A DNA stretch of 64,000 nt from an uncultured Gemmatimonadaceae bacterium (GCA_963716745.1 OY970320.1:960001-1024000); one strand, 5' to 3'; positions 40,287 to 51,600 are shown, numbered from the stretch's first letter. The notes: a model not told the origin generated them from the sequence alone. Numbers and translations are program-made.

Positions 40287-41210
40287 TCACCGCGCGAGCA
40301 GCGATTCCAGCAACGCCCCCAACCGATATCCCGCCACCGCGATCCGCCGTTCACTCACCTGCGTCGCATGATCCATATACCCCTCCGGCGCCGCCGCGCC
40401 GCGCAGGATCCCGCAGCAATACACCTCATGCTGCGCGAGCACGAGCGATTCCCGCCCCCACGCATCGAAACTCGTGATCGCGATAAGACTCGCCACCGAA
40501 TCGCGCGGCACCGCGGCCGTGACGATCGCGGACACGCGGTCAATGTAGGCTTCCTCGGACTCGCCCGCCTGCCGTGGATAGCGCGCCGTGAGGATGCGGT
40601 CCCAATACCAATGGAGCGACATCTTCCCATCGAGCGCGAACGTATTGCCGCCCTTATCGCCGTCCGGTTCTTCCGCCGTGACGCGGCCGCTCGCGTGCAG
40701 CGGCTGATGGATATCGCCCGCGAGGTGCATGACCCAGGCGAGCGCGATCGCGCGGTCCGCGGCGCTCGCGGTCGTATCGCGCACGATACGCGACTGGCGG
40801 TCGAGCTCGGTGAGGATATTCGCGCTGTCGGCATGGAGCGTCGTGGACTCGACGATCGCGCCGTCCGGCATCTCGCTCCAGAACCAATCGTGATAGTGCC
40901 ACGTGGGACAATGGTACGCGTGCCGCGCTTCCGGATCGCGTGCGCGAATGACGTCGGCCCACGTGCCCGCGCGCTCCGCGAACAGGAGTTCACTGAGCGA
41001 ATCGTCACCCATGGGCCGCAGATCGGCGAGCCCCGCGTCGCCCGGCGCGCGCGCGAGCAAGGCCGTCACCTGGCCACGCACTTTCGGGGACAACTGCTCC
41101 CAGGCGATCCGCACGATCACCATGTGACCCGTCTCGTCCCAGGCGCGGGCCGGCCGCGCGGCGAGTGCAAGAAGGATGGCGGCGGCTGCGACGCTGCGAT
41201 GTGTGCGCAT
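40287..41210 (-). CDS. S1/P1 nuclease
   Basis: AWDETGH, WAD, WHY, HLAGDIHQPLH, GDKGGN, LHWYWD, AGYRLG. Confidence 0.93.
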   Translation of the reverse strand: MRTHRSVAAAAILLALAARPARAWDETGHMVIVRIAWEQLSPKVRGQVTALLARAPGDAGLADLRPMGDDSLSELLFAERAGTWADVIRARDPEARHAYHCPTWHYHDWFWSEMPDGAIVESTTLHADSANILTELDRQSRIVRDTTASAADRAIALAWVMHLAGDIHQPLHASGRVTAEEPDGDKGGNTFALDGKMSLHWYWDRILTARYPRQAGESEEAYIDRVSAIVTAAVPRDSVASLIAITSFDAWGRESLVLAQHEVYCCGILRGAAAPEGYMDHATQVSERRIAVAGYRLGALLESLLAR

Positions 41211-41395
41211 GAGCGGATCGGCGAGAGGTGAAGGGACGCGGAATACCCGAGAAATGAAGGGACACGACGCGCGCGGGACAAGCGCCTCGCGCCTATTGCC
41301 AACGGTTCACGAAAATGCCAACGTATCGCGCAATCGGCGCCTCCGGCCGCCTTCCACGCAGGCACCTAATCGATTCCCCACGGGAGCAATCATCC

Positions 41396-42661
41396 ATGAA
41401 AGTCCTCCGTCTCGTCGGCGCACTGCTCGCGGCGGTCGCATTGATGTCGCCGCCCGCCGCGTCCCAAAGTTCCGGCACGGTTGACCTCGGCGTCTTCGCG
41501 CGGCTGAATTCATTGGACGCGAGCTACGGCACAGCCACGGGCGGCGGCGGTGGATTCCGGGCGGGCTATTTCATCTGGAAGAATCTCGAGCTTAACTTCG
41601 ACCTCTCGCAGAGCACGAACAGCTCGAACGTCGACAGCCTGGGCGACATGACGTATCAGCCGTGGCATCTGCGCGCCGAGTACTTCTTCCCGACGGGCGA
41701 CAGCTGGTCGCTGCTGGTGGGCGCCGGCTATGGGCACGAGACGTTCCGGCAGAGCGGCACGAACGGATCCGACAACGCGATCGCCTTCATCCTCGGCATG
41801 CGCGCGACGCTCGGGACTCGCGTGTACGCGATGCTCGACTACACGGGCGACTACTCCACCAGCCCCGCCGACAAGAGCGCGCGGACCAAGAACACATTGA
41901 ACAACGGGCTGGAACTCGGCCTCGGATTCCTGTTGTTCGGCAAGGAAGAGACCAAGGTGGCCGAGCCCGCGCCGGCGCCGCCGCCGGCCGCCGCCGCGGC
42001 CCCTGCCGCCGCGGCCGTCATGGCGCCCGCCGATGATGACAAGGACGGCGTCGTGAATACAGCGGACAAATGCCCCAACACGCCCGCGGGTGAGAGCGTG
42101 GATGCGAACGGCTGCTCGCAGAGCCAGCTCGACAATGATCACGACGGCGTGATGAATAATCTGGACAAGTGCCCCAACACACCGGCGGGCCAGCCGGTGG
42201 ACGCGAATGGATGCTCGGCGTCGCAGCGCGACAGCGATGGCGACGGCGTGATGGACGACAAGGACACGTGCCCCGACACCCCGGCCGGCACGGCAGTGGA
42301 TGCGACCGGCTGCCCGCTGCACCCGTTGGTGCTGGAGGGAGTGAAGTTCGAGAGCAACAAGGCCGTGCTGCTGCCCGGCTCGACGACGACGCTCGACAAG
42401 GTGGCGGCGGGACTCCTGGCGCACACCACTGTCCGGATCGAGATCGAGGGTCATACGGACAATTCGGGCACCGCGGCGTACAACATGAAACTGTCGCAGG
42501 AGCGCGCCGACGCCGTGAAGGCGTATCTCGTGTCGAAGGGAGTCGCCGCCGACCGCATCGTCGCCAAGGGTTACGGCGAAACGGTTCCGCTGGTGCCGAA
42601 CACGTCAGCCGCGAACAAACAGGAGAATCGGCGGGTCGAGGTGAAGCAGCTCAATCCGTAG
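41396..42661 (+). CDS. OmpA-family outer-membrane protein with thrombospondin type-3 repeats
   Basis: N-terminal barrel, three DxDxDGV..DxCPxTP repeats, EGHTD..NMKLSQERA..NRRVE. Confidence 0.92.
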   Translation: MKVLRLVGALLAAVALMSPPAASQSSGTVDLGVFARLNSLDASYGTATGGGGGFRAGYFIWKNLELNFDLSQSTNSSNVDSLGDMTYQPWHLRAEYFFPTGDSWSLLVGAGYGHETFRQSGTNGSDNAIAFILGMRATLGTRVYAMLDYTGDYSTSPADKSARTKNTLNNGLELGLGFLLFGKEETKVAEPAPAPPPAAAAAPAAAAVMAPADDDKDGVVNTADKCPNTPAGESVDANGCSQSQLDNDHDGVMNNLDKCPNTPAGQPVDANGCSASQRDSDGDGVMDDKDTCPDTPAGTAVDATGCPLHPLVLEGVKFESNKAVLLPGSTTTLDKVAAGLLAHTTVRIEIEGHTDNSGTAAYNMKLSQERADAVKAYLVSKGVAADRIVAKGYGETVPLVPNTSAANKQENRRVEVKQLNP

Positions 42662-42685
42662 CCTTGTCGCGCTCGGGAATGCACG

Positions 42686-42719
42686 CCGCCCCGCCGGGAG
42701 AGTTCCAGCGGGGCGGTTT
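42686..42719 (+). terminator. Probable terminator hairpin after the OmpA-family gene
   Basis: gccgccccgc...gcggggcggttt. Confidence 0.55.
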
Positions 42720-42720
42720 G

Positions 42721-42748
42721 CATCATGTAAATCTTGTCAATCCTGTCT
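42721..42748. repeat. Half copy of family D 9-mer repeat
   Basis: catcatgtaaatcttgtcaatcctgtc resembles 26433-26460. Confidence 0.7.
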
Positions 42749-42828
42749 AATGCAGTCTCAATGGCTTTATATTCTGGGAACTCGAGACATTCCGCCCACA
42801 GCCAGTCCGCCCGCAGAGGAGCCGCGTC

Positions 42829-45139
42829 ATGCCACATATGCGCTTGCTGCTCGCCGCTCTCATCGCGCTCAGCGGGTCGCTGCGCGCGCAGGACCCCGAT
42901 TCTGCGCTGCAGGCCGCGGTGGCGCGGGATCCGTGGCCCCGCCACGTGCAGACCACCGCGGGCTACGCGACCATCTATCAGCCGCAGGTCGAGACATGGA
43001 CCGGGAATCAACTCACCTTCCATGCCGCGGTCTCCTTCGCCGCCACGGATTCCGGCGCGCCGACCTTCGGCGTCGTGTTCGCCACCGCGCGCACGGAGAC
43101 GGACAAGGAGAATCGCACTGTCACGCTCGAGGACATGAAGCTCACGGGCGCCAAGTATCCGTCGCGCCCCGATAGCGTGAGGCCGTACCTCGCGGCGCTG
43201 CGCGCGAAGCTTCCCGGAACGGCGCGTGTCATCTCGCTCGACCAGCTCCAAATGTCGCTGCTCGTGGTGAGCGACAAGAGCAAGATGAAAACGGTGCCGG
43301 TGAAGAACGATCCGCCCACGATCTACTTCTCGCAGCAGCCGGCGATCCTCGTGCTCATCGATGGCAATCCCGCGCCGCGCGCGGTGCCCGGCACGAGCGT
43401 GCAGCGCATCATCAACACGCGGGTGCTGCTCGTCTCCGGCGGCGGCGTCTACTACCTGAAGCTGTTCGACGGGTGGATGCAGGCGCCGCAACTCACAGGA
43501 CCATGGACGGTGGCGTTCCGCGCACCTACGGTGCTCGACAGTGTGCTCACGTGGGCCAAGACGCAGCCCATCGATCTCTTGCCCGGCGTCAGCCCCGATC
43601 CCGATGAACCGGCGCCAAGCATCATCACCGACACGCCGCCGCAGATCTTCACGAGCATCACGCCCGCGTCGCTGATCGTCACCGACGGTCCGGCCGACTA
43701 TGAACCGGTGGGCAATACCGACCTGCTCTATGTCAGGAACACGAGCGCGCACGTGTTCCAGTACATCGAGAACCAGCAAGTGTACGTGCTGATCTCGGGA
43801 CGCTGGTTCACCGCGCCCGCGACTTACGGTCCTTGGACGTACGTGCCGGGCGCGGAACTGCCTGCGGACTTCTCGCAGATCCCGCTCGATAGTCCCGTCG
43901 AACCGGTGCTCGCATCGATCCCCGGCACACCGCAGGCCGCCGAGGCCGCGCTCGAGAACGGCATCCCGCAAACCGGCGCGGTGCCGCTCACGACCACGAT
44001 GCCCGCGCCCGAGGTCGACGGTGCACCGCTCATGGGCAAGATCTCCGGCACATCGCTCAGCTACGTCACGAACGCGAGTGTGCCGATCATCCGCGGACCG
44101 CAGGGGAACTTCTACTCCGTCTACAATGGGATCTGGTTCGTGTCCGCGAATGCGACCGGACCGTGGGCAGTGGCGACGGCGATCCCCGCGGCGATCTACA
44201 CCATCCCGCCCAATTCGCCGCTGTATTACGTGACGAACGTGCAGATCTATGGCGCGACATCGACCGTCGTGTACGTGGGCTACACGCCCGGCTACTATGG
44301 TACGGTGATCGCGCCGGGCGGCGTGGTGGTGTACGGCACGGGCTACGTGTATCCGGCGTGGATCGGCTCCTACTATTATCCGCCGCCGATCACTTACGGA
44401 TTCGGCGCCAGCATTCGCTGGACGCCGTGGACCGGGTGGAGCGTGGGCTTCGGATTCGGCTATGCGTACGGCGGCGTCGCCATCGGCATGACGTTCGGCG
44501 GTCCGATGTGGGGCGTGCATCCGTACTATGGGCCGGCGTACTACGGCGGCTACTACGGTGCGCACGGCTACGTCGCCGCGGGCTACGGCGGCTGGGCCGG
44601 CACCACCGGCAACATGTATCACCAGTATGGCGCGACGAGCGCGGTCACGCGGCAGTCGGCCGGCTACAATGCGTACACGGGCAACGGATGGTCGCACAAC
44701 ATGGGCGCGTCGTACAACTCGGCGACGGGCATCGCGGCGGCGGGCCAGCGCACCACCGTGGCCAATGCTTACACCGGCGGCTATCGCAGCTACGCGAGCG
44801 GCACGGTGACGAACACCAACACCGGTCGCTCCACGAGCGTGGCCGGCGTGTCGTCCAACTATGGAAGCGCCGTGAAGGTGGGCAACAATGTGTACGGCGA
44901 CGCGAACGGGAACGTGTTCAAGGACAACGGCGGCGGAAGTTGGTCGCAGTGGGGCGGAGGCGGAGGCGGAGGCGGCTGGCGGCGGCCATAGCGCCGCTAG
45001 CGGGTGGGGCGGCTGGGGCGGATCGAGCGCGATGAACAACCAGGCGTGGTCGCGCGACGCCGGCTCGTCGCGCGCATCCAGTTTCGGCGGTGGTGGATGG
45101 AGTCGCGGCGGCGGTGGTGGGTGGGGGGGACGTCGGTAA
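42829..45139 (+). CDS. Large secreted Gly/Tyr-rich protein (paralog of 14799; frameshift ~44985)
   Basis: Same motif order as 14799; the Gly-rich tail continues in ORF 44888..45139 ending GGRR. Confidence 0.8.
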
Positions 45140-45193
45140 CCTCAACGGCGGGTCTCGGCTGTTGGCTGTCGCGAGCTTGAACGGCGACGGTCG

Positions 45194-47705
45194 GTGAGCC
45201 GCGCGGCGAGTGCGGCCCTTGTAGTCATCACCGCGTGTCTCGCGGCCACCGCGGCGCGGGCGCAGGACTCCGTCTCCACGGCGGCGGGCGCCGAGTACGG
45301 GATCTCCGGTCCGCTCGGTTGGCTCGACCGCTGGCTGTTCGGGTCGCGCTATCGGACCCTGTGGACCGACACCGTGCGCGCGCACGTGCTTCGCGCTCCC
45401 ATGACGCTCGGCGGGCTGCGACCGCTGAGCGCGGACACCGGCCTGCGCAGCGGCGTGCTCAACCTGAGCGGGCCGCGTTCCGACGCGTACACATTCCGTC
45501 TCGTCGATCCGCCGGTGAGCTCGGCGCTGCCCGACGAGCTGCGACTCGGCGTGGTGATCGGACCGGTGCAGGATCTGGTGAGCGCGCTGCATCCGGGCGC
45601 CGCGCTCATCGTGCCGCCGCTCGCTCGCGCGGCCGGCGTGGGTGACTCGCCATCGGACATGGAATACCTGGCGGCTGACCGTTCGCTCGGCGCCCTCAGT
45701 TCCACCTTCGCGGACAAGCTCGGCTATTTCCAGACCGAGCCTGAGGTCGCACACTCGGCGTCGACGCGTGAACTCATCGAGAAGATCCGCAGCGCCGACG
45801 CGCCGCGCGTGGACGCTCACGCATACCTTCGAGAGCGGTTGTTCAATGTGTACGTCGGCGAGACCGAACTCTATCCGACGGAGTCCCGCTGGCGCCTGCA
45901 CGGCACGCCGCCGGTGTGGACTCCGGAGGCGCGGAACCGCGATGCGGCCTTCGCGAACTTCGACGGCCTGGTGACAGCGCTCGCGCGCATCGCGGTTCCA
46001 CAGTTCATGAGATTCGGACCCGCGTACGATCCATACCTCGGCGAGACCGCATATCTGCTCGCCGTGGACCGCACGCTGCTCGGCGCACTCGACACCGCGG
46101 CGTGGGACAGCACCGCACGCGCCATGCAGTCGTCGCTCACCAATGCGGCGATCGACAGCGCTATCGCCACGATGCCGCCCGCTTGGCGCATCACGAATGG
46201 CGCTCAGCTCGCGGCGGCATTGCGTGCGCGGCGCGACGGGCTGCCCAAGATCGCGCACGCGCTGTACCTGATGGTGGCCAAGCACGTGGATCTGTACGCG
46301 CCGGCAGCGGCGGGGCGCATCCTCGCCTGGCGCACCGAGCCCGGCGCGCTGCGCATCCGAGATGCCCGGCATGGATCGCACCTTCCTCTCGAGCGAGACG
46401 CACGAGGTGACGCTCTTCCTGGAGGGCGCCGATCACACCGTGCTCGTTCGAGGCGCAGCGTACGGCGGACCCGAACTTCGCGTGGTGACCGGCACGGCGC
46501 ACGCGACGATCATCGATTCGGCGACAGCGGTCGCGCGCACCCTCTCCGTGGACGACAGCTCCGGCCACGCGACTATCGACAGCGCCGCCGCGGGAGCACC
46601 GCCGCGCGTTTCACGGCGAACCGTCGTGCCGCCCGACGTCACGCCGAGCGGAACGGGTTCGGCCACGCGTCCCGCCGACGGCGTACGATACGGGCCGGTG
46701 ATCTGGTTCGATCTGTTCGGCAATCTGGGCGTGCTGTTCGGCGGCGGCGTGGAGCGCATCCGGTACGAGCACGGTTTCGCACCGTGGAGCTCGCGACAAC
46801 GGCTGCGCGCGGCGTACGCGACATCGCCTAATGAGTACGCGGTAGAGTATGACGGCACTTTCCGCTTTGAGCACGCGGCGTCCGACTTCAATCTCGCGCT
46901 CAGCCGGTCGGGCATCGGCATTCTGCGCTTCTATGGCTACGGCAACGCGACCGTGCGCACTCAGCCCGACGAGTTCTATTCGGCGAACCAAGTGGCGTAT
47001 ACCGTGGCACCCGCGGTGCAGCTGCCGTGGAGCGCGCGCGACACGCTGAGCGTGGGGCTCGTGTACAAGGATGTGAGCACGAGCACCACGGGGGATCGAT
47101 TCATCACCATTTCCAAGCCGTTCGGTTATCCCGAATTCCGTGAGGCGGGCGCGCGTTTGATGGTGCGGCGCGACACGCGCGACTCACCGGTGGCGGCGCA
47201 CAGCGGCTGGCTCGTGATCGCGGGGGGCGACTACTTCCCGAAAGCGCTCGATGTGCTGCGGCCGTTCGGCGGGGTGAACGCGGCCGTGTCCACGTACTGG
47301 ACGCCGCCGGCGCAGGACGCGCTCACGTTCGCGGTGCGGGTGGCGGGTCAGAAGATATGGGGACCGTTCCCGGTGTTCGAGGCGGCGTACATCGGCGGTG
47401 CCACCACGGTGCGCGGACTTCCTCCGCAGCGATACGCGGGCGATGCGAGCCTGTACAGCAATCTCGAAGCCCGACTGCGCGTAGGAAATCTGCCCTTCGT
47501 GGTGCGCTGGGATTTCGGCGTGAGCGCGATCATGGACGCGGGGCGGGTATTCGTGACCGGCGGAGAGGATCCGGACATTTGGCACACGGGATTGGGAGGG
47601 GGGATATGGGCGATCCTGCCGGATCGGTCGGCGATGGTTTATCTCACGCTCGTGCATAATGAGAAGACATGGGGGGTGGATGCAGGAACAAAGTTCATCT
47701 ACTAA
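45194..47705 (+). CDS. BamA/TamA-like (Omp85-type barrel) outer-membrane protein with an N-terminal extension (frameshift ~46330-46360)
   Basis: RRDTRDSP, YIGGATTVRG..PQRYAGD, DAGRVF, GLGGGIW, C-terminal aromatic residue. Confidence 0.75.
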
Positions 47706-48408
47706 CGGCGTGATTGACGAGTCGTGCGTGTTCGACCACTGACGGCGTACGTACCGAGTCGTGCGTGTTCGACCACGACCTGCGTGAGTGAACTCGCACG
47801 GTACTGCGCGCCATGAAGGGATGAGGGGCAACGGCGGGCGGTGGAGTATAGTGCCGCGTCTCGAGCGAGTGGGGGCGTGGGGTGGGTTACGACAAGTGGG
47901 AAGCGTCCGTGCCGGAGGAGATGCGCAACGACGCGATTTGGAATATGCGGGTGTACCGCGCGGCGCTGTATGCGGCGGAACTCGGTACGCGCGATTCCGC
48001 GCGACTGCGCGAGCAGGGCGGCCCTCTAGACGTCGCCGACCAACTTCAGCGCGCGACGAGTTCTATCGGAGTGAACATCGCCGAGGGATATAGCCGCCTC
48101 AGCAAGCGCGATCGAAGCCGCTTCTACGAGTATGCGCTCGGCTCCGCCCGTGAATCGCGCGAGTGGTATTATCGCACTCGAGGAGGCCTAGGCAACGACG
48201 TCGCGAATGCGCGCATCGCCCTCCACTCGGCGATCACCCGAATCCTATTGGCGATGCTGAAGAACTCGCGCGAACCCGCCGCCCCGACCGCCGTCTGACT
48301 CCCGACGGTCGGGGCGCGACTCACGCCATGCGTGGTCGAACACGCACGACTCGGTACTCACGCCGTGCGTGGTCAACACGCACGGACATCGGTCGGACTC
48401 ACGCCGTT
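47704..48408. mobile_element. Family C element carrying a four-helix-bundle gene
   Basis: Terminal AACGGCGTGA and TCACGCCGTT; perfect 27-bp inverted arms at 47751-47777 and 48331-48357 around the CDS. Confidence 0.7.
47882..48298 (+). CDS. Four-helix-bundle protein (23S rRNA IVS / Avd-like family)
   Basis: DQLQRATSSIGVNIAEGYSR...RFYEYALGSARE family signature. Confidence 0.92.
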   Translation: MGYDKWEASVPEEMRNDAIWNMRVYRAALYAAELGTRDSARLREQGGPLDVADQLQRATSSIGVNIAEGYSRLSKRDRSRFYEYALGSARESREWYYRTRGGLGNDVANARIALHSAITRILLAMLKNSREPAAPTAV

Positions 48409-48413
48409 CGCAG

Positions 48414-49010
48414 TTAGCCGCGCGTGACCTTAACCGCCAGCGCCTCACTCGCCCTGATCACGATCCGATCCCCCACTTTCACCCTCGAGAACGCCGAAAC
48501 GCTCGGCGCCACGTGCACCGTCAGCATATTCCCCTGCGCCGTTTTTAGCGTCAGCACGCGCGTCGCTGAGTCCACGCCCGTCACTTCGGCGTCGGTCTCT
48601 TTCACGGTCACGTCGGTGATGGCCGGCAGTCCGGTGGGTTGCACGGTCACGGTATTCTCGGACGCGGTCACGGGCGGATCGGTCTGCTCGCGCAGGTACA
48701 CCGCGATCGATTCGATGTATTTCACGCTCACGGAGTCGCCGGGCTTCACCTGGGTGAGGTCCACGCCCTCCTTCCGCGCGGTGAACGCGTGCAGGTTGCC
48801 AGCCATCCCGCGCAGCACGACGTGCCGCGTCTTCTGGTCGACCGACAGCACGATGCCCTTCCATGTCTCTACCGCACCGACGACGCCGCCCATGACGGTG
48901 CCGTGCGGAGCGGGCGGCGGCGCCGCCGGCTGCTGCGCGCTCGCGCCGAGGGCGATCGCCGACACGAGTGCGGCGACGCTCATCAGGCTCTTGGAACTGT
49001 GCATACGCAC
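48414..49010 (-). CDS. Secreted protein with two OB-fold-like repeats
   Basis: V..VD..TR.V.L...G...VKxGD.V pattern occurs twice; paralog of 49180. Confidence 0.75.
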   Translation of the reverse strand: MRMHSSKSLMSVAALVSAIALGASAQQPAAPPPAPHGTVMGGVVGAVETWKGIVLSVDQKTRHVVLRGMAGNLHAFTARKEGVDLTQVKPGDSVSVKYIESIAVYLREQTDPPVTASENTVTVQPTGLPAITDVTVKETDAEVTGVDSATRVLTLKTAQGNMLTVHVAPSVSAFSRVKVGDRIVIRASEALAVKVTRG

Positions 49011-49179
49011 CTCCCTTCAGGGCTCAGGAAATGGACCACTCCGCTCCGAACCTGGAGCAGAAGGCAGAATGTCCCGCTCCCCGGAGCGCGTCGCAAGTAG
49101 GCCCTAGGTCCTACTCTCGCGCGCATGCGCGCAACGCGGCGCGTGACGGGACCGCTCGTCCCGCCACGCGCCGCATACG

Positions 49180-49803
49180 TCAATTCGTGACGCCCACCAC
49201 CATCGGTTCGGTATACTGCACGGTCACTCGATCGCCGGGCTGCACGTTCGTCAGTCCAGAGACCTTCGGCGCGATCTTCACCGACCAAGGATTGCCGCTC
49301 GCGCCCTTGAGCATTAGGGTGCGCGTGGCGTCGTCCACGGCCACGACGGTTGCGGTCGTCTCGCGCACGGTCACGTTCATGATCTTCGGCCGACCCGCGG
49401 GAGCGATATTCACAGCCTTGGTCGAGAACTTGCCCGATCCATCGCCCGCCGACTGGATGCCGAGTCCGATCGGCTGCAGGACGCTCACGTTCACGGTCTG
49501 CCCGACGGCGAAGTCCTTGAAGCTCGTCACGTCCTTGTTCACGGGCAATTCACGCACGGTCCCGTCGGACTCACGCAGCGTGATCTCATGCGTGCCGGCA
49601 TCGATGTCGGTGATCGTGCCGCGCATTGTCGCGACTTCGCCGATCAGCCCTTCTGCAAGCGACTGGCCTCCCACATCACCACCGCCCACCGGGGCCGCCA
49701 CAGCCCCATGTCCCGCCGCCCCGGCCTGCGCCGTGGCGCCGGCCGCGCTCGCGGCCAGCACTGCGAAGGCGCCGAGCGCCTGGAATGCGATTCTCGTTTT
49801 CAT
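49180..49803 (-). CDS. Secreted protein with two OB-fold-like repeats
   Basis: Signal peptide; ITDIDAGTHEITLR and VVAVDDATRTLMLKG..VQPGDRV. Confidence 0.75.
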   Translation of the reverse strand: MKTRIAFQALGAFAVLAASAAGATAQAGAAGHGAVAAPVGGGDVGGQSLAEGLIGEVATMRGTITDIDAGTHEITLRESDGTVRELPVNKDVTSFKDFAVGQTVNVSVLQPIGLGIQSAGDGSGKFSTKAVNIAPAGRPKIMNVTVRETTATVVAVDDATRTLMLKGASGNPWSVKIAPKVSGLTNVQPGDRVTVQYTEPMVVGVTN

Positions 49804-49925
49804 ATGTACCTCACGGTGATCGGTTCTCATGCTCGGGAACGAGGCGTCCGCCGCGAACGACGGCGGCGCGTGGCAGGATCGCTATTCCTGCCACGCGCCG
49901 GTGGTTCCGCTTCGCTCGGCTCGGT

Positions 49926-50252
49926 TCACATCACATCCAATCCCTCGTCGTAGCGGCCGCCTGCCAGAGAGTCGCCGGCGTAATCGACGTACACGGTGGC
50001 GAGGCGGAGCTGGTTGAAGACCGTGCTCACTCCCGGACAATGCTCGGCGATGTTCTGCGCGAGCTGTGCATCCGCGAGGCTGTTCACCACGCCCAGGAGC
50101 GTGGCTTCTCCGTTGGCGACATACACATCCACATCGCGCGAATCGAGGTCCGCGCATCCGCGAAGCGCATCCGAGAGGTGCTCGCGCACCACGGCGTCGC
50201 TCCGCTCCGGGATCATGTCGCCATCGAACGGGTACCGTGCGATCGTGATCAT
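49926..50252 (-). CDS. BON-domain protein
   Basis: SDAVVREHL..DVDVYVANGEATLLGVV..PGVSTVFNQL. Confidence 0.8.
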   Translation of the reverse strand: MITIARYPFDGDMIPERSDAVVREHLSDALRGCADLDSRDVDVYVANGEATLLGVVNSLADAQLAQNIAEHCPGVSTVFNQLRLATVYVDYAGDSLAGGRYDEGLDVM

Positions 50253-50599
50253 GTGGTCACCGGTCGCCGCGCGAGCCTGCTTTGTTCTTCGATCCGGCGC
50301 GCGAGCCGCCGCTGCGTCCGCGCGGTTCGTCGCCGTTCTCGCCGATGCGATTGCCATCGATGTTCCGCGCCGGCTCGCCGACGGAGCGCGCGCTCTCGCG
50401 CTCGGTCTTCGTGAGCGCCGGCGCGCTCGTCGTATCCATCGGCGGGGTCTTTCATCTGCGGCCCGTTGGGCTCGGCACCGCCCTCATCCTCCCACGTCTG
50501 GATCTCTTCCTTCATCTCCGCCTTGCGCGCGCTCCGCTCGGTATGCTGCAGCGGCGCGTGCGACGGCTTGTCATTGCTCTTGGCATGCTGCTTCGCCAT
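50249..50599 (-). CDS. Hydrophilic hypothetical protein (WEDEGG motif)
   Basis: ggagg RBS, stop overlapping the BON start, charged composition. Confidence 0.55.
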   Translation of the reverse strand: MAKQHAKSNDKPSHAPLQHTERSARKAEMKEEIQTWEDEGGAEPNGPQMKDPADGYDERAGAHEDRARERALRRRAGAEHRWQSHRRERRRTARTQRRLARRIEEQSRLARRPVTT

Positions 50600-50646
50600 G
50601 GCGTCATCCTCCAATCAAAGGGGATCGAATGGGATCGGCGATGCGG

Positions 50647-51363
50647 TCAGTTCCCGCGCGGTGCCGGCGGCGGGCTGACCCCATCTTCGACGTTGATCGC
50701 TTCCGCCGGCGCACCCCGGCCGCCGAGGATCACGATCGTGTATGCCTTGCCGGCTTCGAGATGCACCGGCTTGAGGATCATCGGTTTCACCGACTTCGCG
50801 TTCACGCGGACGTCGAGCGTGATCGTCGCAGGGGCGACGTCCTTGTAGCCCGCCTCGTCCGTGAAGTCGGCGCCCTGGAACAGCGCCGCCTTCTCGCCGA
50901 GCACCGCGAAATCGGCGCTCTTCACCGACGGCGATGCGTTGATGACGCGGATGCGCGCCTTGCCCGGATCGGCCGCGACATTGTCGCGCACGACGCGGAT
51001 CTGGGTCGCACCATTATCACCCGGCAGTATGAGCACCGTGTAACGCACGCCGTCGAGCATCATCTCGCGATCGTCGGCCAGCAGCTGGTTGTCATCCGCC
51101 GCCAGCGCGCGGAGCGCGATGAGCGAATCCCTCACCTGGGCGTAGGGCGTGACCTGCTTGTAGTTCACGCCGCTGAATAGCGTGCGATCGTCGCCGGTGA
51201 CGTCCACCTTCTTGCCGGACGGGAGCGCGTTCACGACGCGCACCATCGATCTCCCGGTGCGAGCGGCGTCCGTGCCGGAGGGACTCCCCTGCCGGCACGC
51301 GGCCGCCGCGGCGATCGCCATCGTGACGGCGAGCAACTGGGCCGAGGTGATCATTGCGCTCAC
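50647..51363 (-). CDS. DUF4397-like lipoprotein
   Basis: Two VRVVNA/IRVINASP repeats, LEAGKAYTIV, lipobox AAAC. Confidence 0.85.
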   Translation of the reverse strand: MSAMITSAQLLAVTMAIAAAAACRQGSPSGTDAARTGRSMVRVVNALPSGKKVDVTGDDRTLFSGVNYKQVTPYAQVRDSLIALRALAADDNQLLADDREMMLDGVRYTVLILPGDNGATQIRVVRDNVAADPGKARIRVINASPSVKSADFAVLGEKAALFQGADFTDEAGYKDVAPATITLDVRVNAKSVKPMILKPVHLEAGKAYTIVILGGRGAPAEAINVEDGVSPPPAPRGN

Positions 51364-51566
51364 ATCGTGGGGTACGAGCGCTCGAACTCGGCGACCTGAC
51401 GCTCGATCTCGTCGCGGCCTTCGCCGTACTTCCGCTGCAGCAGCCCCACGAGCTGGTCGCGCTTGCCGGCGATGTACTCGAGATCATCGTCGGTGAGCTT
51501 GCCCCACTTCTCGCGCACTCTGCCCCGCGCCTGCTTCCATGAACCTTCGATCTGATTCCAATTCAT
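51360..51566 (-). CDS. csbD: CsbD/YjbJ-family stress protein
   Basis: MNWNQIEGSWKQARGRVREKWGKLTDDDL..IAGKRDQLVG..Q.KYG; ggagg RBS. Confidence 0.92.
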   Translation of the reverse strand: MNWNQIEGSWKQARGRVREKWGKLTDDDLEYIAGKRDQLVGLLQRKYGEGRDEIERQVAEFERSYPTM

Positions 51567-51600
51567 ATGGACCTCCTCGAATGCGTGCGACCAAGAACAC

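Noticed and set aside
42571..45039. Long antisense or alternate-frame ORFs (also 18407-20752, 23397-25718, 51968-53845)
   Set aside because: These are Arg/Ala-rich shadow ORFs typical of high-GC DNA that overlap well-supported genes.
47882..48298. Diversity-generating retroelement or rRNA intervening sequence
   Set aside because: No reverse transcriptase, TR/VR pair or rRNA gene is present in the window.
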